Assembly: GCA_965205485.1 (NCBI GenBank) | Contig: OZ242180.1 | Location: forward strand, 192,001 to 256,000 | Reading direction: 5' to 3' | From: Candidatus Latescibacterota bacterium | GTDB taxonomy: Bacteria; Latescibacterota; UBA2968; GCA-2709665 | Length of the DNA: 64,000 nucleotides | Shown: positions 1 to 9,590 of the stretch, piece by piece | Layout: the number at the start of each line of letters is the position of its first letter | How positions within the stretch are numbered: the stretch's first letter is position 1 | The notes under the pieces: generated by a model | What the model was told of the DNA's origin: nothing | The model's input: the letters and a program-made list of their open reading frames with translations, nothing else | Database searches by the model: none | Made by a program: the position numbers and the translations under genes

Positions 1-817
1 CACGCCGAACCACGCCGAGTGCCCGCTCGACCTCCGGCGTCAGAACAACGTAGCTGGCACCGCCCGCCGCGTACCGATGTTTCACGGTGGATAAGCCGCG
101 GAAACGACGAGCAAATTCCTCCTGCCGTGCCAGCGGCAAGGCGCGGGCGAACACCTGCTCCTCCTCACCTGTCTCGGTGACGAGGGTCTTGCGCCTTCCG
201 ACTACCGGATCGAAGTCGGGCTCTCCGACGTCGTTGACGAACGGTTCAAGCTCGAAACTCGACGCAACGGTAATTTGCAGCGAACGCAGGTTGCCGTCAT
301 CGACAACGACATCAGCTGGCAGGATCTCCGCGATCCGTCCCCATCGAAGCATCCGCGATTCGAGATCCTTTTCTCCTGCCTCGTTGAATTGTTCAATGGC
401 TTCGGCAACAGAGTATAGCGGATCGAGTAGCACAAAGTCTTCGTGACCAGCGTGCAGCCATGCGCCCTTTCGCTCAACGGCGAGGACGCGCCGGCCATCG
501 CGGATATAGCCGCAGCGGATTTCGAAGCGGGGATCGTGAATCGCGCCATTGGCCACGACTTCGAGTCCAAAGGGCGCGGCGTCGGGAAGACCGGTGTACC
601 GCAACTCGTCCGACGTCAGTCCTGCGACGCTCTTCCACGAGACGCACAATGCGTTGCAGCTCTCGTGCTCGACCGCACCGCCGTTGTCACGCAGTCGAAT
701 CAAGGCACCGGCGCCGGTTACATGCGCGGTCCACTCGCTGACCGGGGCCAAAGGATCGCCTTTCAATTCGACGATCAGGCCGTCGGATGTCGGGTCAAAT
801 GTAAAGTGGTTAAGCAT
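1..817 (-). CDS. zorD: Zorya protein ZorD (SNF2-family helicase/nuclease), N-terminal part; truncated by the window edge
   Basis: Manually translated open frame from ATG 817 to the window start with no stop (MLNHFTFDPTSDGLIVELKGD...GLPDAAPFGLEVVANGAIHDPRFEI...FDPVVG...YVVLTPEVERALGVVRR). Lies directly downstream of zorC. Helicase motifs would be outside the window, so identity rests on position and N-terminal resemblance. Confidence 0.75.
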   Translation of the reverse strand, partial: MLNHFTFDPTSDGLIVELKGDPLAPVSEWTAHVTGAGALIRLRDNGGAVEHESCNALCVSWKSVAGLTSDELRYTGLPDAAPFGLEVVANGAIHDPRFEIRCGYIRDGRRVLAVERKGAWLHAGHEDFVLLDPLYSVAEAIEQFNEAGEKDLESRMLRWGRIAEILPADVVVDDGNLRSLQITVASSFELEPFVNDVGEPDFDPVVGRRKTLVTETGEEEQVFARALPLARQEEFARRFRGLSTVKHRYAAGGASYVVLTPEVERALGVVRR

Positions 818-929
818 CGGAGATACTCAAAGTTTCCTAGATTACACGCGCGTCGGTCTAAACTGAAAGTACCCTCGTGTCAAGTTGGGCGATTTCCTGC
901 CCGTTTTTTTGAACAGAACACCAGCACGA

Positions 930-2705
930 TCAGGCGCCCCAGGTCGACGACTCGTTCGTCAGGCGTTCAATCGTCGTGTTCAGGAACCGGAGCACCGTTC
1001 TCCACCGCGTCCCATAGCCCGGTACCCCGTGGTCCTCTGTGTAAGCGGCCCATGCCGGCGACGTCGGTTTCATGAAGGCACGTAGATCCACTCGACTCTT
1101 GTGTGAGACCCTCACAGCGTTCCGAACCCTCTGCAACTCCCGTAGCGCTACTGCGGCCGTTGCTGTCCGGATTTTTGGCGACTGAGCACGAATGCGTGAA
1201 CTAGCAATTGCCGGGCTTCGTGATCGCCGGGTCGAGGTTTTGGTGCGAGGGGATTTTTCGTATGGCCTTTCGCGCAGCCGATCAGGAAAGTACTCGTTGC
1301 GACCTATCTCCACACCGGTATTTTCGCGCAGCCATTGTGCAATTGCGTCCTGCCAATATCCGCGGTCGCTTCCTTGATGCGCCTGTTTGAAATCCGCACC
1401 GCCGATGAGATCATATCGCGAATATTTGGACTCGTAAAACCCTGGTGACCCGTTATTTCCATCGAGCCATATTCGACACGAGCCGTTGTGGCTCCACTCT
1501 GCGATTGTCACGCCGGGAATTCGCAAAACAAGCACCGATTGGTCGCCCTGGGCGCCGTGGAGATCCGCGCTCGTTTCCGACTCGTCGTTTTTCTGGTTCG
1601 TCTTCCGCAGGATGTCTTTTGCGCGGGGACCAAGCACAAACCAGATGTCATCGATCAGACCGTGTTCGTGAAAAGCCCGCCAGAAAGCCTCACGGTAGCG
1701 CCAGTGTCTGTCAAATGCCGTCTCCTTGACGAGCAGGAAGAATTGTTCGAGCGTTCGTTCTACGAGCCATCGGATCACGACACGGCGGATTTCGTCCGGA
1801 ATCCCTGACCACCTGTGCTTCCCCGTTCCCAGGCGAGGATCACGAAAGTGACGCAGGAAGAATGGCTGCAGGCATTCCTTCGTCGCCGGTTCGGGAGATC
1901 GTTCGACAAAGGGACGGAGCAGTGCCCTGGCGACTTCGGTTCGCATGGCGGTGTCGTCGAATCGCAGTTTACCCTCGAATTCCAGCAGTCTGAGCAACCG
2001 GTCAATGTGTGCGGCATCGAGGCGTTTCTGATTCAGTTGCGATTCCGCGCGCGGGAGGTAGGCCCGGATACCGGAATTCAGGAAACCGGCGTGGGCGAGT
2101 CCGGCGTCAAACCCCGCTTGTAAGAGGAAATCGTCAACTGCGTCGGACGCAGAGAGTAGCTCTTCCACGAACGACCGATCGCCCCCCGCACTGAGAAGCC
2201 CCCAATCGCCGCACCGATTTCGCCATTTCTGCAGAGACGGAGGCGGCGATGAACCATTGTTGACGGCCCTATACAGCATCTCTCGCAAATCGCCAAAGGT
2301 CCGCAGGCCGACAGGGTATACACGCAAGAACTCGTGCAGCAGCGCCAACACGGAGCGAGTCCGTCGGCCTTCGAACAGCCAGTGACGGTACAATTCCAGG
2401 AGGCGTGGGTCCGCGCCCAGCCAGCGGTTTCGGCTGTGTCTTGGCGGGTAAAACAGAATCCAGGGCAGGCGCCGCAGATCGCGGGGCTCGATTCGAGAAA
2501 GAGAGCGGTTGCGGCGCCACGATTCCACCACTCTATGATGCAGAATCTCCAGGTCGTAGACCTGTGGCTTTGTAGGTACGACGTCGCCCAGCGCTTTCGC
2601 TGCTTCCGCGGCCGCTTTGCGCGTTCTTTGCGGATCGAAGTGGTGCGGGAGCCCTTGGGGGCGGGTCCAGCGCTCCAGTGATTCCTTCAGGGAGATTGCG
2701 CTCAC
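930..2705 (-). CDS. zorC: Zorya protein ZorC (EH-signature domain protein) with basic C-terminal extension
   Basis: 591 aa. Contains FRDPRL, HWRYREAFW and IAEWSHNGSCRIW (EH signature). Overlaps the zorB stop codon. Confidence 0.9.
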   Translation of the reverse strand: MSAISLKESLERWTRPQGLPHHFDPQRTRKAAAEAAKALGDVVPTKPQVYDLEILHHRVVESWRRNRSLSRIEPRDLRRLPWILFYPPRHSRNRWLGADPRLLELYRHWLFEGRRTRSVLALLHEFLRVYPVGLRTFGDLREMLYRAVNNGSSPPPSLQKWRNRCGDWGLLSAGGDRSFVEELLSASDAVDDFLLQAGFDAGLAHAGFLNSGIRAYLPRAESQLNQKRLDAAHIDRLLRLLEFEGKLRFDDTAMRTEVARALLRPFVERSPEPATKECLQPFFLRHFRDPRLGTGKHRWSGIPDEIRRVVIRWLVERTLEQFFLLVKETAFDRHWRYREAFWRAFHEHGLIDDIWFVLGPRAKDILRKTNQKNDESETSADLHGAQGDQSVLVLRIPGVTIAEWSHNGSCRIWLDGNNGSPGFYESKYSRYDLIGGADFKQAHQGSDRGYWQDAIAQWLRENTGVEIGRNEYFPDRLRERPYEKSPRTKTSTRRSRSPAIASSRIRAQSPKIRTATAAVALRELQRVRNAVRVSHKSRVDLRAFMKPTSPAWAAYTEDHGVPGYGTRWRTVLRFLNTTIERLTNESSTWGA

Positions 2706-3583
2706 TGTGAATCCTCATCATACCTTTCGTGGACATCGGTCTGGACCTCCGGCTCCTTCTGGTGCAGTGCCCCGGCAGGTGGTTCGAGCAGGAATCTCAG
2801 ATCGATGCGCCGGTTATCGTCAGCACGCTCCGGGTCGCGGGTCACAGGCCGTGTGTAACCGTACCCGCTTGTGCTCAAAATGGGGTACTTGGCGGTGTTC
2901 AGAAGACCCTCCAATCCGGGCTCGCAGGCGACGATCATTCGATGGACAGTCGCCGCCCTCATCGACGCCAACTCAAGATTGTCCCGAAAGCGATTGCCAG
3001 CCGCGACCGGCACGTCGTCGGTGTGGCCCTCGATCAGCAAGGTCTCGAGTAGCCAGGGATAATCCTGCTCCCTGCATGGGTAGGTCGTGGGATCGGCCCG
3101 GGGTTGGCAGTACGGGGATGAGTCGTCCGAGTACTCCACGACCACAACTTCATCATCACCCCGAGCGTGCGAGGCCGCCTCCGGAAGAGAGACATAGCAT
3201 GGTACCACCTCGGCAATTGCTTGCGCGAGGCGTCCGACGTTTACATGGTGCTCGAGAACGGGAATCTCACTGCCCGACGGAAAATTGATGGCATTGTCCG
3301 ACAAGCGCAGGACACCCTGGTTTTTGAGTATTTCGACCCGCATTCCGGATTCTTCAAGCCTACTCTTGATGTCTTGGAGCATTCGGTTGCGCGTTTCGCC
3401 CGAAGCCGTCAATTCCGCCCTGACTTTGTCCTGTTTCTCGATAACGTTTGCGAGTTGGTACGCAAACACAGCCAGCATGATGATGAATACAAATATGAGC
3501 GCCGACACGAGGTCGCTTACGGTGGCGAGATAGTTCTGTCCTTCGGAACCCGCGTCCTGAATCTGTTTATCGCCGCTCGTCAT
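2702..3583 (-). CDS. zorB: Zorya protein ZorB (MotB/OmpA-like)
   Basis: N-terminal TM helix with conserved Asp (VSDLVSALIFVFII). OmpA-like C-terminus with IEGHTD, NLELASMRA, SGYG and NRRIDLRF. Coupled to zorA. Confidence 0.92.
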   Translation of the reverse strand: MTSGDKQIQDAGSEGQNYLATVSDLVSALIFVFIIMLAVFAYQLANVIEKQDKVRAELTASGETRNRMLQDIKSRLEESGMRVEILKNQGVLRLSDNAINFPSGSEIPVLEHHVNVGRLAQAIAEVVPCYVSLPEAASHARGDDEVVVVEYSDDSSPYCQPRADPTTYPCREQDYPWLLETLLIEGHTDDVPVAAGNRFRDNLELASMRAATVHRMIVACEPGLEGLLNTAKYPILSTSGYGYTRPVTRDPERADDNRRIDLRFLLEPPAGALHQKEPEVQTDVHERYDEDSQ

Positions 3584-5286
3584 CGCGACGATCCCGTAAG
3601 ACGTGGAATCAGGTCCTCGATGGAATCGCTGAGTTCTGCGGTCGCTCCAGCCAGATCTCTGATGGTCCCCGAAGTCGTCTTGTCAAGTTCGTTGGCAAAC
3701 TCACGTACTTGCTGGCAATACCCCGACAGACCTTCGTCAATCTGGTGGAAAACCGCTGCGAGTGACTTGTCGATATCTTCGAATCGTTCCTGGTATCGCG
3801 TCCAAGCGCTTGCTATGGACTGCTGGTGCTGCTCGAGCGCATTCGCGACTTCGTCCACGCGGCCGACCAGATCGCTCGTCGTCAACAGCGTTTCGGCTGT
3901 TCTGTCGCTCGCTTCGCGGATCTCACGGGCGGCGCGTACGACAGGCGCAGCAGCAGACTCAATTTGCCGATGTGTCGACTCTATGGTACCGCGTAATTCG
4001 TTGAGTTCTTCAACGAACGAGGTCATGCCACTCAAGACCTGTTCACTCCGTCGTGCGGACTGACTGAGACTCTCCGCTGCGGACTGCAGGTATTGAGTTA
4101 CGGCCCCAACGGTATTCGACATTTCAGCTGCAGCCGTCGCACTGGATGTCGTCATGCGTTCTGCCATTTGTTCAGATGCAGCAGCGACGGCGCTTGTGAT
4201 TTCACCCAACGACTCTTGCAGCGATTTATTCATGGCGCTCGCACTGTCATCCATGGACGTCCTGACCGTTGAGAGGACCGAATCGAGCGCTGTTCGGGCG
4301 TCCTGTTGCGACTGCGCCAGTCCTGCGACCGAATCCTGCAGCGTACGGTTCAAATCGGCAACGATAGACGCCATCTCATCGAACTGCGAACCCGCCCGAT
4401 CTTGCATCGCGGCCGTGAACCTGTCGAGCGCATCGTTGATCATCTGACCGCTGTCAGTCGACCGGTCCGTCCGGAGCCGCTCGACAGCTTCAACCAGTTG
4501 GTCGAGTTGAGGCGACAGCCGACCTGCGATCTTCTCGTCGAGCGCCTTCTCAAGGGAGAAAATCAACTCACTGTTAAATCGTTCGAGTTGTGTCGTCGTG
4601 CGCCTTGCCTGTTCGAGCTGTTGCAGCGCGACACCCTCTGGCGTCACCCGCTCCAAGCGAGATTCAAGGGCTCCGACCCAATCAACAAGCGCTATGTGAA
4701 GTCTTCGAGTGACAGATCGTTCGCCAACGACAAAAAGAATAGAACAGACTATTCCGACAATTGACGTCCAGAACGCCAGCGATGCCCCTCCCAGAAGTTG
4801 TTGTAAGGCGGAAGTGATCTCACCCGGATTGCTTGAGGCCAGACCGGAGCTCGCTGATCCGACGCCCGCCGCCAAACCAACAAAAGTCCCGAGAATGCCC
4901 ATTCCCGTCAACAGATTCGGGACCGCCTGGTAGAAACCGGTCGATATATTCGGAAAGATAATGGTAGCGTCGTTCAGGTACCGCGACACGTCGCCGGTGT
5001 TGCGGATGGGATCACCAGACTCAGGTTCGGGAAGAAGCAGAGTCTCTACGAATTCCGTCCACGGTAGACCCAATGCCTTCTCGACATGGGCATTGTAAGC
5101 TTCAAACGCGACAACGAAATCCATTGCTCCATTGACATCTGCCAATTCCTTTTTCGCGATCCGAAGCCTGCCGTATAATGGAATCGCGTGCCACGCCATT
5201 TTTGCAGCGAAGAAAGTGGCGATCACGACAATAACGCCGCAGTACAGCCAGACGAAATCTTCTGTGAGAGCAAACTCAATATTCAT
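3580..5286 (-). CDS. zorA: Zorya protein ZorA (MotA-like TM region plus long helical tail)
   Basis: Likely start MNIEF at 5286. TM helices including VPNLLTGMGILGTFVGL and GASLAFWTSIVGI, followed by about 350 aa of Ala/Ser/Gln-rich coiled tail. Confidence 0.92.
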   Translation of the reverse strand: MNIEFALTEDFVWLYCGVIVVIATFFAAKMAWHAIPLYGRLRIAKKELADVNGAMDFVVAFEAYNAHVEKALGLPWTEFVETLLLPEPESGDPIRNTGDVSRYLNDATIIFPNISTGFYQAVPNLLTGMGILGTFVGLAAGVGSASSGLASSNPGEITSALQQLLGGASLAFWTSIVGIVCSILFVVGERSVTRRLHIALVDWVGALESRLERVTPEGVALQQLEQARRTTTQLERFNSELIFSLEKALDEKIAGRLSPQLDQLVEAVERLRTDRSTDSGQMINDALDRFTAAMQDRAGSQFDEMASIVADLNRTLQDSVAGLAQSQQDARTALDSVLSTVRTSMDDSASAMNKSLQESLGEITSAVAAASEQMAERMTTSSATAAAEMSNTVGAVTQYLQSAAESLSQSARRSEQVLSGMTSFVEELNELRGTIESTHRQIESAAAPVVRAAREIREASDRTAETLLTTSDLVGRVDEVANALEQHQQSIASAWTRYQERFEDIDKSLAAVFHQIDEGLSGYCQQVREFANELDKTTSGTIRDLAGATAELSDSIEDLIPRLTGSSR

Positions 5287-6010
5287 AGTGATTACCGATC
5301 CAGTGGAAAGAGCCGCTGAACAGAACACAGGAACGCGGAAACCACGTGGCCGCGTTCCTGTGTCGCAAATTGCGTCAGAGTGAGTGACAATATAATTAAG
5401 TTTTATTGAATTACTGCTGAAAAATTCGGTGCGCTCGTTGGTTTTATGATGAAATCCGGTGTTTTTTCGTGGAGACATGGAGTTTCGACAGAAACAGGAA
5501 TCATCCGGGAACCGCAATCTCGGGAAGAAGCGGCTGTTCTGCCTGCTTGGCATGCTTCAGCAGGCAGGGCGGGCGGGGGCAGATAGCGAACGCTCAGGTT
5601 CATCCCATGCCGAAGGAAGCCTTTCGTCTGCCTCACGGCTTCCTCAGGATGACGGGACGGTTAAACGAGCGGTCGAAGCCATCGGTACGGTCTTCTGGTA
5701 AACGCCTCGTCGGCCGTTACCGCGGCATGAACGTGTGGGGGATTGAGTACGGATGTTGTCCGGGGTGTTCTGGAGTGCGAGGATGAGGTAGAGGCAACCA
5801 GGCGAGAGTTGGGTAGGATAAAGAGGGGCGCGATTCAAGTGAAGGACCGCGACGACAAAGGACGGGAATGCCTCCAGGCCGTTCTCAGAAGCCGGCGCCC
5901 GCTAAACGGGAGCTGCAGGATCTCTCAATTGAGACGTTCGATCGGTTCGCGTTTTTTCGCATCTCTTGTGGTGGGTGGGCGTTTAAGGCACAGACCAAAG
6001 GAGGTGCGTC

Positions 6011-6397
6011 ATGCGCATGTTGTTTCTGGCAGTTTTTGTGTTGCTGGCGGGTTGCGGCACAAGCCCTACTGGTGAGGAGGGCGAGTCCGGAACTCGGTAC
6101 CAGATCTCCGAGACCGCCAAAGAGGTGCGTCAAGGCGTGGAGCTTATTATCCGGTTTGACAGTGCCAAAACCGCATTTACAGGAACTGTCAAAAACACTA
6201 CGTCTTCTGCTGTAGGGCAAGTAAGAGTTGAGGTACATCTCTCAAACGGCGTCGAACTCGGTCCCACTCCCCGGGTAGAGTTGAAGGCTGGAGAAACGAC
6301 GGATGTTCTTCTGGACGCCAGAGGGCAGTCTTTCACGTGGTATAGCGTCCATGTAGAACTGGGCAGTGGTGACCACGGAAGTGAAGGAGGAGACTGA
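6011..6397 (+). CDS. Small lipoprotein with predicted beta-sandwich (FxLYD/Ig-like) domain
   Basis: GGAGG RBS, lipobox LAGC, beta-rich sequence (FTGTVKNTT...VRVEVHL), followed by a terminator. Confidence 0.7.
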   Translation: MRMLFLAVFVLLAGCGTSPTGEEGESGTRYQISETAKEVRQGVELIIRFDSAKTAFTGTVKNTTSSAVGQVRVEVHLSNGVELGPTPRVELKAGETTDVLLDARGQSFTWYSVHVELGSGDHGSEGGD

Positions 6398-6421
6398 AGA
6401 ACCTGGAAATTGCGCACCAGG

Positions 6422-6458
6422 GAGTCCGGAGAGGAGAGGTCTCTCCGGGCTTTTTTTT
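6422..6458 (+). terminator. Rho-independent terminator
   Basis: gtccggagag-gagaggt-ctctccgggc hairpin followed by a T8 run. Confidence 0.8.
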
Positions 6459-6590
6459 CGCATTGCACGGTTGAGGGCTTAAACACGAGGCAGGCAGGCT
6501 GAAGCCGCCTGAATGAGGTGACCCGTGAATGTACAGACAGCCTGTGGTAAACGTTGACGGCGAATTCCTGAATTAATCTCCGCTTCCCCA

Positions 6591-6614
6591 TCGAGGGCAG
6601 GATGCCCTCGCTCC
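6591..6614. repeat. REP-like palindrome, family A (solitary copy)
   Basis: TCGAGGGCAGGATGCCCTCGCTCC, identical to 13153-13176. Confidence 0.8.
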
Positions 6615-6616
6615 GT

Positions 6617-8254
6617 TTACAACGGACAAACCAGTTGCCCGTCCAGCAGCTTGTGGTTTCCGGAATAGTCCACGGGCACGTCGATCAGGTGCACGCCGCC
6701 GGCGTCGAGGCAGCCCTTGAGCAAGCCGGCCAGCGCGTCCGTCCGTTCCAGCCGGTGTCCTGCGGCGCCGTAGCTCTCGGCATAGCGCACGAAATCCGGA
6801 TTCCCGTAGTCCAGACCGAAATCGGGCAGACCCATATCGGCCTGTTTCCATTTGATCATGCCGTAGGCGTTGTCCCGCAGAACCAGCGTGACGAGATTCA
6901 GGCCCAGCCGGACGGCGGTCTCCATCTCCTGCGAATTCATCATAAAGCCGCCGTCGCCGCAGACCGCCACCACGTTGCGGTCCGGGTATAGCAGGCTGGC
7001 CGTCATTGCGGAAGGCAGACCGGCGCCCATGGTTGCCAGGGCGTTGTCCAGCAACACGGTATTCGGCTCGTGGGCGCGGTAATTCAGCGCGAACCAGATC
7101 TTGTAGACGCCGTTGTCAAGGGCAATCAGGCCGTCGTCCGGAAGCACGCGCCTCACGTCCGCCACGAGCCGCTGCGGCAGCACCGGAAAGCGGTCGTCGT
7201 CATCGCCGGCTGCCAGCTTCGCATCCGCCCATGCCTTCACCCTGAGGAAATAGTCGAACGACCAGTGAGACTGGGGCTCGATCTTCCGGTAAATCTGCCA
7301 GAGACTGTTGCCGATGTCGCCGATCACCTCGAGCTGCGGGAAATACACGGGATCCACCTCGGCCGAGGAAAAGTTGACGTGGATGACGTGAAGGCCGCCG
7401 TCCTGCATCACGAAAGGCGGCTTTTCAACCACGTCGTGGCCCACGTTGATGATCAGGTCGGCCCGTTCGATGGCGCAGTGGATGGCGTCGCCGGAGGACA
7501 TGGCGGCGTTGCCCACGTAAAGCGGGTGGCGCTCGTCCACAACGCCCTTGCCCATCTGCGTATTGAACCAGGGTATGCCCGTTTTGTCGATGAACCGGAC
7601 CAGCATATTCGACGTACGCTTGCGATTGGCCCCCGCGCCCACCAGAAGAAGGGGGCACCCGGCTTCCTCGATCATCGCAACGGCCCGTGCGACCGCCTTT
7701 TCCTCCGCCACGGGCCGCCGCACGCGGTCCCTTGGATAGAGGTGCGCCGCCGCCTCTTCAGCGGCGATGTCCTCGGGCAACTCCAGGTGTACGGCTCCCG
7801 GCCGCTCCTCCTCGGCAACGCGGAACGCCTCCCGCACGCGCGGCGGAATGGTCGCGCCGCTGACGATGCGGGTGGTGTACTTGGTCAGCGGGCGCATCAT
7901 CTCAACCACGTCCACGATCTGGAAGTGGCCCTGTTTGCTGGATTTGATGGGCTTCTGACCGGTGATCATCAGCAGCGGCATGCCGCCGAGCTGCGCGTAC
8001 GCCGCCGCGGTGACGAAATTCGTGGCCCCGGGCCCGAGGGTGGACATGCACACCCCGGTTTTGCCGGTCAAGCGACCGTACGTGGCGGCCATGAAGCCCG
8101 CGGCCTGTTCGTGGCGGTTCACAATGACGCGGATACTCGACTCGCGCAATGACTCGAGCAGGTCCAGGTTTTCTTCGCCGGGGATGGCAAAGACAAATTC
8201 CACGCCCTCGGCCTCGAGGGCTCTTACAAACAGGTCGGAAGCTTTCATTGTCAT
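6617..8254 (-). CDS. Acetolactate synthase large subunit (ThDP-dependent)
   Basis: IPGEEN, RHEQAAGFMA, TLGPGATN and ThDP-binding GDGGFMMN...DNAYG motifs. Confidence 0.92.
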   Translation of the reverse strand: MTMKASDLFVRALEAEGVEFVFAIPGEENLDLLESLRESSIRVIVNRHEQAAGFMAATYGRLTGKTGVCMSTLGPGATNFVTAAAYAQLGGMPLLMITGQKPIKSSKQGHFQIVDVVEMMRPLTKYTTRIVSGATIPPRVREAFRVAEEERPGAVHLELPEDIAAEEAAAHLYPRDRVRRPVAEEKAVARAVAMIEEAGCPLLLVGAGANRKRTSNMLVRFIDKTGIPWFNTQMGKGVVDERHPLYVGNAAMSSGDAIHCAIERADLIINVGHDVVEKPPFVMQDGGLHVIHVNFSSAEVDPVYFPQLEVIGDIGNSLWQIYRKIEPQSHWSFDYFLRVKAWADAKLAAGDDDDRFPVLPQRLVADVRRVLPDDGLIALDNGVYKIWFALNYRAHEPNTVLLDNALATMGAGLPSAMTASLLYPDRNVVAVCGDGGFMMNSQEMETAVRLGLNLVTLVLRDNAYGMIKWKQADMGLPDFGLDYGNPDFVRYAESYGAAGHRLERTDALAGLLKGCLDAGGVHLIDVPVDYSGNHKLLDGQLVCPL

Positions 8255-8613
8255 CCATTCAAATTGGCGATTCGGAATTGCGTTCGTTCAAATCTACGAT
8301 TCCACTGCTCGCATCCGCTGAATCCAGGGATCCTCGATATTCAATATCGATTCGCCGTTATACTTCCGGCGAAATTTCAGTGAAAACAGCCGTCATAGTT
8401 CGAACTAAGATTCATTGTCTTATTGCGGAACATTGTGATCCGCGCCATTGCGCATAGCGTGAGCCTTCGTAGAAATAGTGACTGTGATGCCACGGAACAT
8501 AAATCGGATTTGTAGGCCGACCTTGAGATTCTGGTAGTTTGTTCATTTTTTCGTTTTGGGTAGAGATTGTGGAATCTGGGACAAATTTCGTACTTTCGGA
8601 CAAACTTTATGGC

Positions 8614-8643
8614 TTGATGTTTTCAAGTTTGAAGTGATATATT
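8614..8643 (+). promoter_or_regulatory. Sigma70-type promoter
   Basis: TTGATG-18bp-TATATT with extended -10 TG. The spacer contains the near-palindrome TTCAAGTTTGAA. Confidence 0.55.
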
Positions 8644-8692
8644 CGTTAAGCACGTAGAAGACCTCCGAAAAACCAGTCCGAGGAGAGTTGAT

Positions 8693-9160
8693 ATGTTCAC
8701 GAATATACGAAGAATAATAGCACTCCTGGTCATGTTATCGCTGGGTTCTTGTCAAGGTTCCTGTACCTGGATGCAACCGGAAATAACAAGGAGAAATGTA
8801 AACTCATTGCAAGAAAGCAAGAGTACACCATTGGCTATTGCGGTCGTAACTGTGCGGCAACGCGACATTCCGGTGGGCAGTACAAGAATAGAACTCTCCC
8901 GTCCAGTTGCAACGCAAGCCAATAATAATGTATGGTCCGCAATCACCGATGAAAACGGTCATGCACGGATAGAGGTCGCTTCGGACAACAATGTATCAGG
9001 TAGTTATCTCATTAGAGCAACGGCGAACGGCAGCCAGATAGGTTCATGGTCAAGCATCTCAATCAAAGAAGGATACGAGGTCATGTTTGATCTGCCGATC
9101 GGTGAAGAGGCGCAGATCACAGGTTCATCTCTATTGCTTGATCAAGGCAAAACTGATTGA
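8693..9160 (+). CDS. Hypothetical exported/lipoprotein in a low-GC patch
   Basis: GAGGAG RBS, signal peptide with LGSC lipobox, beta-rich sequence. Confidence 0.65.
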   Translation: MFTNIRRIIALLVMLSLGSCQGSCTWMQPEITRRNVNSLQESKSTPLAIAVVTVRQRDIPVGSTRIELSRPVATQANNNVWSAITDENGHARIEVASDNNVSGSYLIRATANGSQIGSWSSISIKEGYEVMFDLPIGEEAQITGSSLLLDQGKTD

Positions 9161-9590
9161 GGCGTATACAGTTCAACGATTGAAATATCATCTATTGGCG
9201 ATCAATTGTCCTTTTGGGGCCAGTTGGGATAAAACGGGTTCCTGCAAGGCATCTGGCGCTACATTACGGAATAGAACAGGTCTTTGTTCATTGCTTATGG
9301 AGAGAAGCTGCCGTACTCACTGCGCTGCAGCTGTTGCTATTGAAGGAACCGTAGGGGGTGCCGACAACACCTGTCTTTGGAGGTATGCCAGGACAGGTCG
9401 TTGGGTTGCAGCGTCGCGAGAGAATGTCGAAGCGTTGACGGGCTGAGGGGAGGGCGTTTTTTTTTTGGTTGGGAGCGCCTCGCAAGCTAAAACGTACTCC
9501 TCTGTATCAGGGAGGGAAATGCCACTATTCAGCGCTCGCGGCTTCTATGGGTAAACACGGGCCTTTTTTCATTCCTGCCAGCACGACTTC

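Noticed and set aside
1..5286. Zorya type II or III assignment
   Set aside because: ZorC followed by a long non-HNH ORF fits type I. No small HNH ZorE or ZorF/G-like genes are visible.
5287..5553. N-terminal 89-aa extension of ZorA in the ORF track
   Set aside because: It runs through AT-rich promoter-like DNA and is not protein-like. ATG 5286 directly precedes the first TM helix.
5598..5665. Hammerhead-ribozyme-like CUGAGGA...GAAA on the minus strand
   Set aside because: Stem II does not close next to GAAA and no compatible stems I/III with a cleavage triplet can be drawn. A simple hairpin explains the sequence.
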